Of a stretch of DNA of 26,810 nt, positions 1 to 9,463 are shown in pieces. The notes below the pieces were generated by a model that was not told where the DNA came from, made no database searches, and saw only the letters and a program-made list of their open reading frames with translations. The stretch covers positions 1-26,810 of the forward strand of contig DXJL01000057.1 of the NCBI GenBank assembly GCA_019057635.1, read 5' to 3'. This DNA comes from Candidatus Heimdallarchaeota archaeon. Lineage in GTDB: Archaea > Asgardarchaeota > Heimdallarchaeia > Hodarchaeales > Hodarchaeaceae. Both the position numbers and the translations under genes were made by a program. Position 1 is the first letter of the stretch. The number at the start of each line of letters is the position of its first letter.

Positions 1-1212
1 CGTTATAGAACGGAAATCGCTGATATATTTGAAGAATCATCTAGAATTAATAAAATGCTACAAGTAGAACTTGCCTTAGCACAGGCCCATGTAGAACAAG
101 GTACGTTAACGAAAAACGAATATAATCTTTTAATTAAATCAAAGAGTAAGGTTACGGTTGAGCTCGTAAAGGAAATCGAAAAAGAAACACATCATGATAC
201 TATGGCTCTAGTAGAAGCATTTACACGGGTTTCAGGTTGTGATAAAGTACATCTTGGAGCTACAAGCTCAGATGTTGTTGATACCGCATTGGCATTACAG
301 CTAAGGGAAGCTAATCAAGTGGTTCTTGCTGACCTGTTGATTTTAAAGAATTTATTATTGAGCAAAGCAGAGGAAACGAAAAATCTTGTTTGTATCGGAA
401 GAACCCATGGTCAGCATGCCATCCCCATGACTTATGGAATGAAGTTCGCATTATGGGCTTATGAAATTACAGATTGCTTGGAAGAACTAAGAAGAGCGAA
501 ATTTTATGGAAAAATGAGTGGAGCTGTGGGCACTTTTGCAAGTTTCGGAGAAAAAGGTGTCCAAATTCAAACCAAAGTTTTACATGATTTAGGTCTATCC
601 GTCCCTCTAATTACCAATCAAGTGGTTAGTCGAGTTTTTGTTGCTAAGTACATTTTCAATCTAATAACAATAGTATCAATAATCGAGAAGATGGCAAAAG
701 AAATCAGAAATTTACAGAGATCTGAAATCCAAGAACTGGCGGAACCTTTCGCTGAAAAACAAACAGGTTCCTCCACAATGCCTCACAAAAGAAATCCTAT
801 TTTGAGTGAAAATTTATGTTCATTGGCCAAACGGGTGCGTACAAACATCCTCCCTGCTTTAGAAAATATTTCTTTAGAACACGAGCGAGATCTCACAAAT
901 AGTGCAAACGAGCGAATAATAATTCCTGAAACAGTAATACTGACCCATTTTATGATAAAAAGAATAACCAGAATATTTGTAGGATTAGATCTTTTTCCTG
1001 AAAATATCAGAAAAAATGTTCAAATCGACCCTGCCATATTTATGGAAAAGAAAATGGTCGAGCTCGTTACTGAGCAGGGGTTAGGACGCCAGGAAGCTTA
1101 TTCACGGGCAAAAAATTTCAAATCAGAAGAAAAAATCGATCCAGAGATGTACCTCGGATTGTCTGAGCAAATAGTTCTCAAAACGATTGAACTCCTTCGT
1201 TCATCAGAGTGA
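1..1212 (+). CDS. purB: Adenylosuccinate lyase (5' partial; true start lies upstream of the window)
   Basis: The frame is open from base 1 (RYRTEIADIFEE..., matching the PurB N-terminal RY motif), so the ATG at 55 is internal. Motifs: HHD, HLGATSSD, GRTHGQHA, GSSTMPHKRNP (fumarase/lyase signature), HERDLTNS. Confidence 0.95.
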   Translation, partial: RYRTEIADIFEESSRINKMLQVELALAQAHVEQGTLTKNEYNLLIKSKSKVTVELVKEIEKETHHDTMALVEAFTRVSGCDKVHLGATSSDVVDTALALQLREANQVVLADLLILKNLLLSKAEETKNLVCIGRTHGQHAIPMTYGMKFALWAYEITDCLEELRRAKFYGKMSGAVGTFASFGEKGVQIQTKVLHDLGLSVPLITNQVVSRVFVAKYIFNLITIVSIIEKMAKEIRNLQRSEIQELAEPFAEKQTGSSTMPHKRNPILSENLCSLAKRVRTNILPALENISLEHERDLTNSANERIIIPETVILTHFMIKRITRIFVGLDLFPENIRKNVQIDPAIFMEKKMVELVTEQGLGRQEAYSRAKNFKSEEKIDPEMYLGLSEQIVLKTIELLRSSE

Positions 1213-1214
1213 AA

Positions 1215-2006
1215 TTACAATAATCGCTTTATGGCTTCTATTGTCACATCAATTGCTTCTTTTTGTCCTTTCATATGGTCTATGATCAATTCCCCAGATT
1301 CGGTATCACCAATAGCGGCCATAATACCTCCAGCACGCCAACCCCGGATATAACTAATCACGAAAAGAGTTGAACATTCCATTTCCGTGATCAGTGTTCG
1401 TGCTTTGATCCAGACTTTCCATTTATTTTTTGCACTCACTGCATCAGGTATTAATTCGGGCGTTTCAGAATAAAAGGCATCCTTGGAGTGGACAATTCCC
1501 TCATGAAATCGATCTTGCAAGTTCAAATGAGTTACTGCTTCCCGAAGAGCAAATATCACATCGGGATGGGCGACAGCGGGGAATGCAGGTAAAATGTATT
1601 CATGGCTTGTCCCTTCATCGCGTATAGCTCCCGTTGCTGAAACAAGATCTCCTAACTTGACATCTCGAGATAGTATTCCAGAAGTACCAACGCGAATAAT
1701 TGTATTAACACCCAGTTTTCCAAACTCTTCTATTCCAATTGCAGTAGAAGGTGCGCCTATTCCACATGATGATACCAGAATCGGAGTATCATTTAAATAT
1801 CCTAAATGCACACGGTACTCACGATTAAAAGATATCTCGTGTGGATCTTTTAGTTGTGCACTAATTCGTGGAACTCTTCCTGGATCGCCACAAATGATAA
1901 GATGTCGACTATTCTCTATTTCTTTGGCAGAAACATTAATATGATACTGTTTGTCCATTTTGAAACTCACCTTCGAGGGAAAAACAAGTTGTGATGGTGT
2001 ATTCAT
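1215..2006 (-). CDS. udp: Uridine phosphorylase / NP-I nucleoside phosphorylase
   Basis: GDPGRV, NREY, GIGAPS, IRVGTSG, AIRDEGTS, DAFY and EME motifs. Confidence 0.88.
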   Translation of the reverse strand: MNTPSQLVFPSKVSFKMDKQYHINVSAKEIENSRHLIICGDPGRVPRISAQLKDPHEISFNREYRVHLGYLNDTPILVSSCGIGAPSTAIGIEEFGKLGVNTIIRVGTSGILSRDVKLGDLVSATGAIRDEGTSHEYILPAFPAVAHPDVIFALREAVTHLNLQDRFHEGIVHSKDAFYSETPELIPDAVSAKNKWKVWIKARTLITEMECSTLFVISYIRGWRAGGIMAAIGDTESGELIIDHMKGQKEAIDVTIEAIKRLL

Positions 2007-2011
2007 AATTC

Positions 2012-2488
2012 TTATGACTGAAGAGATGATAAAATCTCGTAATAATGTTGGGCTATAATACGGAGTTGCTTGAGTTGTTCGTTAGAAAGTCGTTGCGTGG
2101 TCAGATGAGAGGATAAAATTCCCTCGAAAGTGTAAGCGATATTCTCTTCTTCTAAGAGTAAAAATTGTGTCAATACTTCTGCCTTCTGGTGGTATACAAC
2201 GAGATATGCAGTGCCAATACCTTGTATGAGAAAAAATTTGGTAAGAGCAAAAATTTCCACTTCATGGTTTGTATGGCGACTCTCCCAAATGAGAGGAAGG
2301 AAGTTCCAACCTATATCCTCAAGATTATTTTTCGCAGCTAATATTTTTATCAAGAGGTCCCATGAGGATATCTCTGTATGCCAGGTGGAACCTGACCAAA
2401 GGACTTCGGGCCTTTTATTGTACTCGATGACAGCGAATACTAAACCAAGGCCATCGAGAGCACGATTATCAGACATAGGGTAGATCAA
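2012..2488 (-). CDS. Hypothetical protein, possible longin/uDENN-like fold
   Basis: 158-aa ORF (TTG at 2488 or ATG at 2476) ending 5 bp before udp. Strand-turn-strand, helix, three strands, then helices: GLVFAVIEYNKRPEVLWS...FLPL...IFALTKFF...AYLVVY. The fold call is tentative. Confidence 0.6.
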   Translation of the reverse strand: MIYPMSDNRALDGLGLVFAVIEYNKRPEVLWSGSTWHTEISSWDLLIKILAAKNNLEDIGWNFLPLIWESRHTNHEVEIFALTKFFLIQGIGTAYLVVYHQKAEVLTQFLLLEEENIAYTFEGILSSHLTTQRLSNEQLKQLRIIAQHYYEILSSLQS

Positions 2489-2499
2489 TCTTATTCAAC

Positions 2500-2567
2500 G
2501 GTTTATTGTTAAAAAACTCTTTTATATTAGAAAAAAGGTAACATAATCACAATTGGTGAAATAAGCA
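2500..2567. promoter_or_regulatory. Divergent promoter region with BRE/TATA-like element and SD
   Basis: AAAAAACTCTTTTATATT at about 2511-2528; GGTGA SD 8 nt before the ATG at 2568. Confidence 0.45.
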
Positions 2568-3191
2568 ATGAGTATCTGGAATCGTAAAAAATTTGGAATT
2601 GCTCAACGACATAGACGACAATTATCCCTTCAAGAAGCCTATCATATTCGGGATCCAGACAGCAATCAAAATATGCTCTGGGTTAAAAGGAAACGTTTTG
2701 GTCTGAAGACAAACATTAGGTTATGGGAATCCGAGGACACAACAGAGGGTAAGGAAGCTCTAACAATACAAGATGATGCAATGTTTGATGCTTTTGGGAA
2801 GTTCTCAGTTATTGATCCTAACTCTGGCGCCGTCTTAGCTGTCCTAAAACGCCATTTCCTCCGCAGTCTTATTCGAGAAAAGTGGACTATTCGTGATCCA
2901 AAAACTTCTGAGGAACTCGTAACCGTGCAAGCACGTTCCCTACCCATTTCATTGGTAAGGAATCTTCGGTGGTTACCAATACTGAATGCCTTCGATTTTT
3001 TTATTCAATTTATTCGACTGCAATGGGATTTTCTTGATTGTCAAACAGGAAAGAAGATTGGATTCTTTGATCGGAAATTTACTATCGGAGATAATTATAT
3101 TCTCGATTTCCAAGCAGACACAGAGAATAAAATTGACTCTAGAGTTGCTGTAGCGCTAGGTGTAGTACTAGATACTGCTGAAAGCCGTTAA
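2568..3191 (+). CDS. LURP-one-related / phospholipid scramblase (Tubby C-terminal-like) family protein
   Basis: Repeated beta-hairpin units (YHIRDP, FSVIDPNSG, KWTIRDP, WDFLDCQTG, DNYILDF) ending in a hydrophobic core helix (DSRVAVALGVVLD), typical of the family. Confidence 0.8.
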   Translation: MSIWNRKKFGIAQRHRRQLSLQEAYHIRDPDSNQNMLWVKRKRFGLKTNIRLWESEDTTEGKEALTIQDDAMFDAFGKFSVIDPNSGAVLAVLKRHFLRSLIREKWTIRDPKTSEELVTVQARSLPISLVRNLRWLPILNAFDFFIQFIRLQWDFLDCQTGKKIGFFDRKFTIGDNYILDFQADTENKIDSRVAVALGVVLDTAESR

Positions 3192-3199
3192 ACTTCTTC

Positions 3200-3265
3200 A
3201 TATCTTTTTTCTTTTTTTCTTTCTCCTCGAATCCTTTTTTCTTTTACCTTCATTTTTCTCTTCTT
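3200..3265 (+). terminator. Archaeal oligo-T terminator tract
   Basis: Long pyrimidine run with several T6-T7 tracts directly after the stop at 3191. Confidence 0.6.
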
Positions 3266-3307
3266 AAAGAGTTTGAACAGAGCTGAACGGGAAGTTCTCG
3301 TTTTTTT

Positions 3308-3325
3308 ATCAAAAGCCTTATAATG
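3308..3325 (+). promoter_or_regulatory. BRE-TATA promoter for the acylase operon
   Basis: CAAAAGCCTTATAA about 57 bp upstream of the ATG at 3380; GAGG SD at 3367-3370. Confidence 0.5.
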
Positions 3326-3379
3326 CAATTTCAACTGGATAGACAAACCCAATTATCACATCTCTAGAGGTTCAATGAA

Positions 3380-6085
3380 ATGGAAGCGCTCACTGATACT
3401 GAAAAAAGTCCTGTACTTAAACTTGGTTTATCGATTTTACCTGTTTTACTAATTATAATCGTGTTTTCAACTCCGTTGGGACGGATACCACCACTGGGAG
3501 GATTAATTAATCCCAATGGCGGAATATGGGACGTCTCCACCTACGCCGAACATGGAAGTAAGACGTTGACAATTCCGAATGTCGAAGAGGAAGTAACCTG
3601 TTATTATGATGAATGGGGAATCCCCCATATCTTTGCAGAGAAAGATTCTGATATGTTTTTTGCCATTGGTTATGTGCATGCACGGGATCGTCTGTTCCAA
3701 CTTGAAATGATTCGACGTCTATATACTGGTCGATTATCGGAAATTCTAGGTGAATCAGCTTTATCAGCTGATATACGAATGAGAAATTTGTGTTTGGATA
3801 GATCAGCTAATGCGACCTGGAACATCATGCTAGCGGAAGATCCGAATAGTGAACTTATTAATTCATTAAAGAAATATTCTGAGGGAATTAACTATTACCT
3901 TGATCACTTATCTCCTCATAAAATTCCTCTTGAATTTCGATTACTCGATATTAAACCAAGCCATTGGTTACCACATTACACGATTGGGTACGGGAAGTAC
4001 ATGTCTATGGGTTTAGCTCATGATGGTTTTAGAGAGTTTACCGTAGCGCTATTAGGTTCATATTTCCCTGAACCGGATATGCTTGAACTTTTTCCAATCA
4101 ATAACACTGTAGGCGTCATTCCAGTTTTACCGAATTATGGATCGTATCCGTCTCCTCCTAATCCACCAGAAAACACCTCTGGACCATTAAAAACAGGAAT
4201 AGTCGAAAATCAAAATCCTTTACCCGATAATGTGATTACGAGTATGCTTGAGATATTAGAAAGTAGGGAAATTTCAGATCAGATTATCATCAATGATGGA
4301 TATAAGGTAAAAGATTATCTCAATGTATTTGACACGATAATTGGAAGTAATAATTGGGTCATAAATGGTAGTATTTCGTCTACTGGCTATCCGATCTTGG
4401 CAAATGACATGCATTTACAACTTGTTATGCCAGGGGTTTGGTATGAAATCCAACATGCTTCTAAGGAATCAGGAATCAATGTATATGGATTTTCGTTTGT
4501 TGGCGCGCCTGGAGTAATTGCAGGTCATAGTGAATATGCTAGTTGGGGATTTACAAATGTAGGAGCCGATGTTGTTGACTATTTTTACTATAATACTTCA
4601 GAAGATGGTACAGAATATTTGAATGGGAGTACGTGGGATGAATTTGAGGTGGTTACTGAAACTATACCAGTAAGAGGGAAAACAGATTATGAGTTGACAA
4701 TTCGCTTTACTGGACACGGGCCCGTCCTTTCTCCCGACATTAACTCGCACGTCGAGGCAGTAAATATCGCTCCCATTGCAATGCGTTGGACCGGTCACGA
4801 TGATCTAATGTATGGAGAACCTGATTACCTGTTCAAAGCTGTTTTTGGCTTATGGACTGCTCAAACACTAGCAGATTTTACAGAAGTACAAAAGGATTGG
4901 AGCATTCCAGGACAAAATTTCGCTGTCGCAACTACAGATAATCATATTGCAATCCGACCAGTAGCTAATTACCCAATTCGTCCTAAAGGAAATTGGGGAA
5001 GGCAACCGGTTAATGGATCAGACCCAGCTAACGATTGGCTTGGTTATATTCCGTTTGATGAACTTGCGGTTGCTGAAGATCCTACACAACAGTTTTTAAC
5101 TTCAACCAATCAAAAAACCACAGGTCCTGATTATTCCTACTTTATGGGAAGTTTTTTTGCCCCTGGATATCGTAGTCGGAGTATTACAAGGTTGATTCAG
5201 GAAAAAATTGACGCGAGTGAGAAAATCTCAGTCGAAGATATGCAAAGGTTTCAATCTGACATTGTGGATACAAGTGTAGAAGCGTTTCAACCAGTATGGA
5301 GTACGATTGATACACACGGAAACACAACCTTACAAGCAGCCTTGGACTATATGCACGATTGGGGCGGTTCTAGCTATCAATTAGGTGAAATGCACAAAGA
5401 TCTGGTTGCACCGACGATTTATACAGAATGGTTGGAATTTTTCAGATATAATACATTTGCAGATGAATTTGCAGGTGCCCATGAAAAAGTGAGAACAACT
5501 TTTCCTCAAGACAATACCCTTGAAAATATGACCCTCTACAATCAATCTGTTAAATGGTTTGATGATGATTCCACTCCTCAAATCGAAACAATTGAAGATA
5601 TCGCCTATCAGTCCCTCGTTGATGCAGTGAACTTTTTAGCTACTCCTTATGGGCTCGATACGGTAAAAATGGACGATTGGCTATATGGAAATTATCACAC
5701 CCTATTTCCTTTACATTTAACAGAATTAGGACCATTTAATGCAGGCCCCTATCCTTTTCATGGAAATGGTTACACTTTAGCTGCTGCTAGTGGACGCACC
5801 GTTCATCATGGAGCATCTGAAAGGGCTGTGTATGATTTAGATCCAGAGAAGAGTAATCTTCCTCATGCATGGACATCAATTCCCTCAGGTCAAAATGGTA
5901 ACCCCCTCTCAAAGCATTACAAAGATCAACTTGAAACTCTCTATATTGTTAGAACAGATGGTCTCTTTGGGTACCATGTAGCCTATTTTTATACCTCGGC
6001 TGTGGATTTTAAAACAGTAGCTACTGAAAGCTCTTCTGACTCTTTCTATATCGAAAGTACATTAACATTTAAGCCAGGAGGATAA
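3380..6085 (+). CDS. Penicillin acylase family (peptidase S45) Ntn-hydrolase, membrane-anchored/secreted
   Basis: N-terminal hydrophobic anchor. Motifs DEWGIPHI, GYVHARDRLFQ, GSNNW (beta-chain nucleophile Ser), LANDMHL, WGFTN, GQN, PSGQNGNPLSKHYKDQ. Many N-x-S/T sequons. Confidence 0.93.
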   Translation: MEALTDTEKSPVLKLGLSILPVLLIIIVFSTPLGRIPPLGGLINPNGGIWDVSTYAEHGSKTLTIPNVEEEVTCYYDEWGIPHIFAEKDSDMFFAIGYVHARDRLFQLEMIRRLYTGRLSEILGESALSADIRMRNLCLDRSANATWNIMLAEDPNSELINSLKKYSEGINYYLDHLSPHKIPLEFRLLDIKPSHWLPHYTIGYGKYMSMGLAHDGFREFTVALLGSYFPEPDMLELFPINNTVGVIPVLPNYGSYPSPPNPPENTSGPLKTGIVENQNPLPDNVITSMLEILESREISDQIIINDGYKVKDYLNVFDTIIGSNNWVINGSISSTGYPILANDMHLQLVMPGVWYEIQHASKESGINVYGFSFVGAPGVIAGHSEYASWGFTNVGADVVDYFYYNTSEDGTEYLNGSTWDEFEVVTETIPVRGKTDYELTIRFTGHGPVLSPDINSHVEAVNIAPIAMRWTGHDDLMYGEPDYLFKAVFGLWTAQTLADFTEVQKDWSIPGQNFAVATTDNHIAIRPVANYPIRPKGNWGRQPVNGSDPANDWLGYIPFDELAVAEDPTQQFLTSTNQKTTGPDYSYFMGSFFAPGYRSRSITRLIQEKIDASEKISVEDMQRFQSDIVDTSVEAFQPVWSTIDTHGNTTLQAALDYMHDWGGSSYQLGEMHKDLVAPTIYTEWLEFFRYNTFADEFAGAHEKVRTTFPQDNTLENMTLYNQSVKWFDDDSTPQIETIEDIAYQSLVDAVNFLATPYGLDTVKMDDWLYGNYHTLFPLHLTELGPFNAGPYPFHGNGYTLAAASGRTVHHGASERAVYDLDPEKSNLPHAWTSIPSGQNGNPLSKHYKDQLETLYIVRTDGLFGYHVAYFYTSAVDFKTVATESSSDSFYIESTLTFKPGG

Positions 6086-6088
6086 AAA

Positions 6089-6511
6089 ATGAGTAATACG
6101 AGAGAAACAATCAAAGCTAGCATTATTAAATTGCTTCCTTATCGATATCATATAGGAATCGGGATTACCGCAGTAGGGTTATGGCTTGAACTAATGTTCT
6201 TTCCTTATTGGGAGCTTTATTTTGTTCCTGCAATATTTGGAGGATTGATTGTAAGTGAAAGAGCAATTCGTGGGTTTTTAGCAGGTTTTGTTGGGATGCT
6301 GGTTGCATTACTGGTTTATAGTAATTTTGTCCTATTTACAAGTATAGAAGCTGTCGAAGCGTTAATGGGAGCGGCTATCGGTTATTCAGGATTAGGATTT
6401 TTAGTGCATATCGTAATCTTGTTAATTTTAGCGAGTTTTTCGGGATTAGGGGGAATAATTGGAGTGTATATCTATCCGCTCGTTCCATTTTACGAAAATT
6501 TAAAAGAATAG
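6089..6511 (+). CDS. Small 4-TM Gly-rich membrane protein
   Basis: Starts 3 bp after the acylase stop with a GGAGG SD. About four hydrophobic segments with GxxxG motifs. Confidence 0.8.
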   Translation: MSNTRETIKASIIKLLPYRYHIGIGITAVGLWLELMFFPYWELYFVPAIFGGLIVSERAIRGFLAGFVGMLVALLVYSNFVLFTSIEAVEALMGAAIGYSGLGFLVHIVILLILASFSGLGGIIGVYIYPLVPFYENLKE

Positions 6512-6535
6512 GTAATTTTTTGTTAAATTGAACCG

Positions 6536-6556
6536 CCTTCTTCCTCTTTTTTTTCT
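6536..6556 (+). terminator. Oligo-T terminator
   Basis: CCTTCTTCCTCTTTTTTTTCTC after the stop at 6511. Confidence 0.5.
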
Positions 6557-6628
6557 CACGAAAATTATTTACTCTCAAAAGAAATCTCGGACGTAAATAC
6601 CTAGGCCGTTACTTCGAGGTGTGCGACA

Positions 6629-7942
6629 ATGTCTGCAGAAATAAGGGGTACAATCATTAAAAAAATGGAAAAGATCGGTTCTAAATATCTTTTACTGCAA
6701 TTTACAGGAGCAGATGGGAATTTAAAAGGCGTGGAACTTTCTAAAAGAGCTTTTAGTAAAATTGAGCAGGTTGGAGTCGATGGATCATCTATTGGATTTC
6801 TTAGAACTAAACGGTCTGATATGATTATTGTGCCTGATCCTTCTACGGTTACACTTGTTCCATGGCAAGATAATACGGCGTGTGCCTTTTGTGATTTACG
6901 AAGTACCGACACACACGAAAGAATTGCCATTGATCCACGAGGAATTCTTTCAGAGGTTAATCGCTCATTGTATGATGAATTTAATGCGAATTATTATGCT
7001 CGGCCTGAAATGGAGTTTTATATCTTAACGTCTGATCTTAAACCTGTGGATACTGCAACTTACATGGCATTACCTCCACGAGATAGGGGATATTTTGTCC
7101 GAAAAATGATTATTGAAACTTTAGAGCTGGTCAATTTACCTTTCAAAACGTTTCACTCTGAGGTGGGAAAATCGCAACATGAGATTGAATTTCAGGCATT
7201 ACCTGCGGTAGCTGCTGCTGATGGAGTTCAGATGTTTAAGCAAGTTGCCAAGATGGTTGCACTGAACAATACAGAGGACTGGATTATATCGTTTATGCCA
7301 AAACCCTTTATTGATGACTCAGGTAACGGAATGCATATCCATCAAATGGTAAAAGGCGCGAAAACTGATCTATTTCAGGAAAGTGTCAATGATTTATCCG
7401 AATTTGCTTTACATTTCATCGCAGGACAGTTGAAACATGCCAGTGAAATTACAGCCATAACCAATCCTATCGTGAACTCATATAGACGATTGGTTCCTAG
7501 AATAGAAGCTCCTGTTTACATAAATTGGGGAATTGCCAATCGAACGGCACTTATCCGAGTTCCAGGGTACGAATCAGGACGTCTTGAGTACCGAGCGGCC
7601 GATGCTGCGAGCAATATCTATTTCACATTAGCTATGTTATTAGCTGCGGGACTTGAGGGTGTAAGAAAAAAAATAGAACCTCCATCAGCTGCTGATTTTG
7701 ATGCTGATTTATTGAGTCCTCGTAAACTTAAAGAGAAAAATGTTGAATTACTTCCTCGTACATTAATTGATGCGTTGGATGCATTTAACAAAAGTAAATT
7801 AGCAAAATCGGTTCTTGGTAAAGAGCTCCATCAAGAGTTCTATGAGGCACGAAAGTTAGAATGGGAACATTTTACAAGCCAATATAGTTTTGAGAAGAAG
7901 GAAATCACTCCCTGGGAACTGGACCGGTATATCGATTGCTAA
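6629..7942 (+). CDS. glnA: Glutamine synthetase type I
   Basis: DGSSI, SDM, DPRGIL, PEMEFY, HSEVG..QHEI, FMPKP, GNGMHIHQ, NSYRRLVP.IEAP, NRTALIRVP and RLEYR motifs. GAGGTG SD. Confidence 0.9.
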   Translation: MSAEIRGTIIKKMEKIGSKYLLLQFTGADGNLKGVELSKRAFSKIEQVGVDGSSIGFLRTKRSDMIIVPDPSTVTLVPWQDNTACAFCDLRSTDTHERIAIDPRGILSEVNRSLYDEFNANYYARPEMEFYILTSDLKPVDTATYMALPPRDRGYFVRKMIIETLELVNLPFKTFHSEVGKSQHEIEFQALPAVAAADGVQMFKQVAKMVALNNTEDWIISFMPKPFIDDSGNGMHIHQMVKGAKTDLFQESVNDLSEFALHFIAGQLKHASEITAITNPIVNSYRRLVPRIEAPVYINWGIANRTALIRVPGYESGRLEYRAADAASNIYFTLAMLLAAGLEGVRKKIEPPSAADFDADLLSPRKLKEKNVELLPRTLIDALDAFNKSKLAKSVLGKELHQEFYEARKLEWEHFTSQYSFEKKEITPWELDRYIDC

Positions 7943-7991
7943 AAAATCATACCATTTAGCTAAAAATGTCATATAGAATATTTTTCAGAAG

Positions 7992-9284
7992 TTAGTCCTT
8001 CATTAGATCTGGAACTTTGGTTTCAATCTCATCCAATATTTTCTTTTCATCCAATGAAAGCACATTCCGTTTATGCATGAGTAATGTCCCGTTAACTACT
8101 AACGAATGCACATCGCTACCATTCGCAGCATACACTAAATTGGATACAACATTGTGAATCGGTTGTAAATGGGGTGTATGGAAATTTACGGCTACTAAAT
8201 CTGCTTTATTGCCTACAGCTATTTGTGATTCGGGGAGGAAATAATTTCTAAAAGACCAATGAGTATCTTCAAGTACTTCCTCTGCAGGATAGATTGCTGG
8301 ATCCCAACGGGCAAATGAAACCATGTTCACACCTTCGCGCATCTCTCGCCATAGATCTAATGTATTATTTGAGGCTGTTCCATCCGTTCCCAGTGCAACT
8401 ACAGCTCCAGCTTTTCTTAATTCTGGTATTGGTGTTACTCCCGAATATGCTAATTTTTGGGCTGAGGTCGGGCACCAAGCAACCATTGCATGATGTTTTC
8501 CTAAAATTTCTACTTCGCGTTGAGTGATCCAAGCACAGTGTGCGACTACTTCTTTTGTCCCTTCCTGAAAAAAGTCTATTTGATCAAGTCTTTCAACGGG
8601 AGGAACTCCATGCTTTTCTTCACAGTCAAGAACTTCTTTTCTAGTTTCAGAGGCATGAATCGAAATGGGAATTTTATGCTTTGCAGCGAGATCTCTTGCT
8701 TGTAACAGGTGTTCTTCCTCCACAGTCGTTGGAGAATGGGGGGCAATAGCTGCATTTAGTAATGAGGATGTTTTTACATCCCGAATCACGCGTTCGAAAT
8801 CCTTTAGCTGAGATTCTAATCCCCCCTGGTCAACAAAGGCACTGGGTAATAACCCTGCCCCTAACCAGCCACGAATTCCTGCTTGGGCCAATACTCGCCC
8901 AATAACACTTTCCTGAAAATAAAAATCAAATACCCCACCTGTTCCTGCTTTGATTGCTTCAAGACAAGCTAACTTGGTACCTAATTCAATCCATTTGGCA
9001 TTAAATTTTCCCTCAATGGCCCAAATGTCGTTTAACCACTCATTTAATACTTTATTGTCAGAATATCCTCGTAAAAGAGTCATAGGTAAATGTGTATGGC
9101 TGTTAATAGCTGGAGGAAGGATAATTAACGACTTACCATCAATCACATATTCAGGTGAAGGTAATTTCGCATTAGAGCCGATTTGAGTAATTCGATCGTC
9201 CTCTATGACAATATTTACCCGTTTCTTAGCTACCCCTTTATGCGGATCTACTAGTAATGTGATATCTTTAAGTAGAATTTCCAT
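7992..9284 (-). CDS. Amidohydrolase, MTA/SAH/5'-deoxyadenosine deaminase (MtaD/DadD-like)
   Basis: NSHTHLPM (HxH), APHS, IHASET, AHC, GTDGTASNNTLD, SNLVYAA. Exact substrate is not determinable. Confidence 0.85.
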   Translation of the reverse strand: MEILLKDITLLVDPHKGVAKKRVNIVIEDDRITQIGSNAKLPSPEYVIDGKSLIILPPAINSHTHLPMTLLRGYSDNKVLNEWLNDIWAIEGKFNAKWIELGTKLACLEAIKAGTGGVFDFYFQESVIGRVLAQAGIRGWLGAGLLPSAFVDQGGLESQLKDFERVIRDVKTSSLLNAAIAPHSPTTVEEEHLLQARDLAAKHKIPISIHASETRKEVLDCEEKHGVPPVERLDQIDFFQEGTKEVVAHCAWITQREVEILGKHHAMVAWCPTSAQKLAYSGVTPIPELRKAGAVVALGTDGTASNNTLDLWREMREGVNMVSFARWDPAIYPAEEVLEDTHWSFRNYFLPESQIAVGNKADLVAVNFHTPHLQPIHNVVSNLVYAANGSDVHSLVVNGTLLMHKRNVLSLDEKKILDEIETKVPDLMKD

Positions 9285-9463
9285 AAGAGACTAGCTATAT
9301 TACTGTACTTAAAACTTATTCGTTCATCTGTAGATTAGTTCTGATGTTCGGAACACATGCAAGAATGTATTTATTGAATAAGCAACCTTAAAAAAAGACC
9401 GTTATTCTTATCCTATCTATCTTGATTTATAATCACAACCGAATTTTTCACTGGTGAAATCAT

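Noticed and set aside
1430-2947. ORFs 1430-1627, 1594-1944, 2211-2483 and 2666-2947
   Set aside because: Antisense shadows of better-supported genes, with no motifs.
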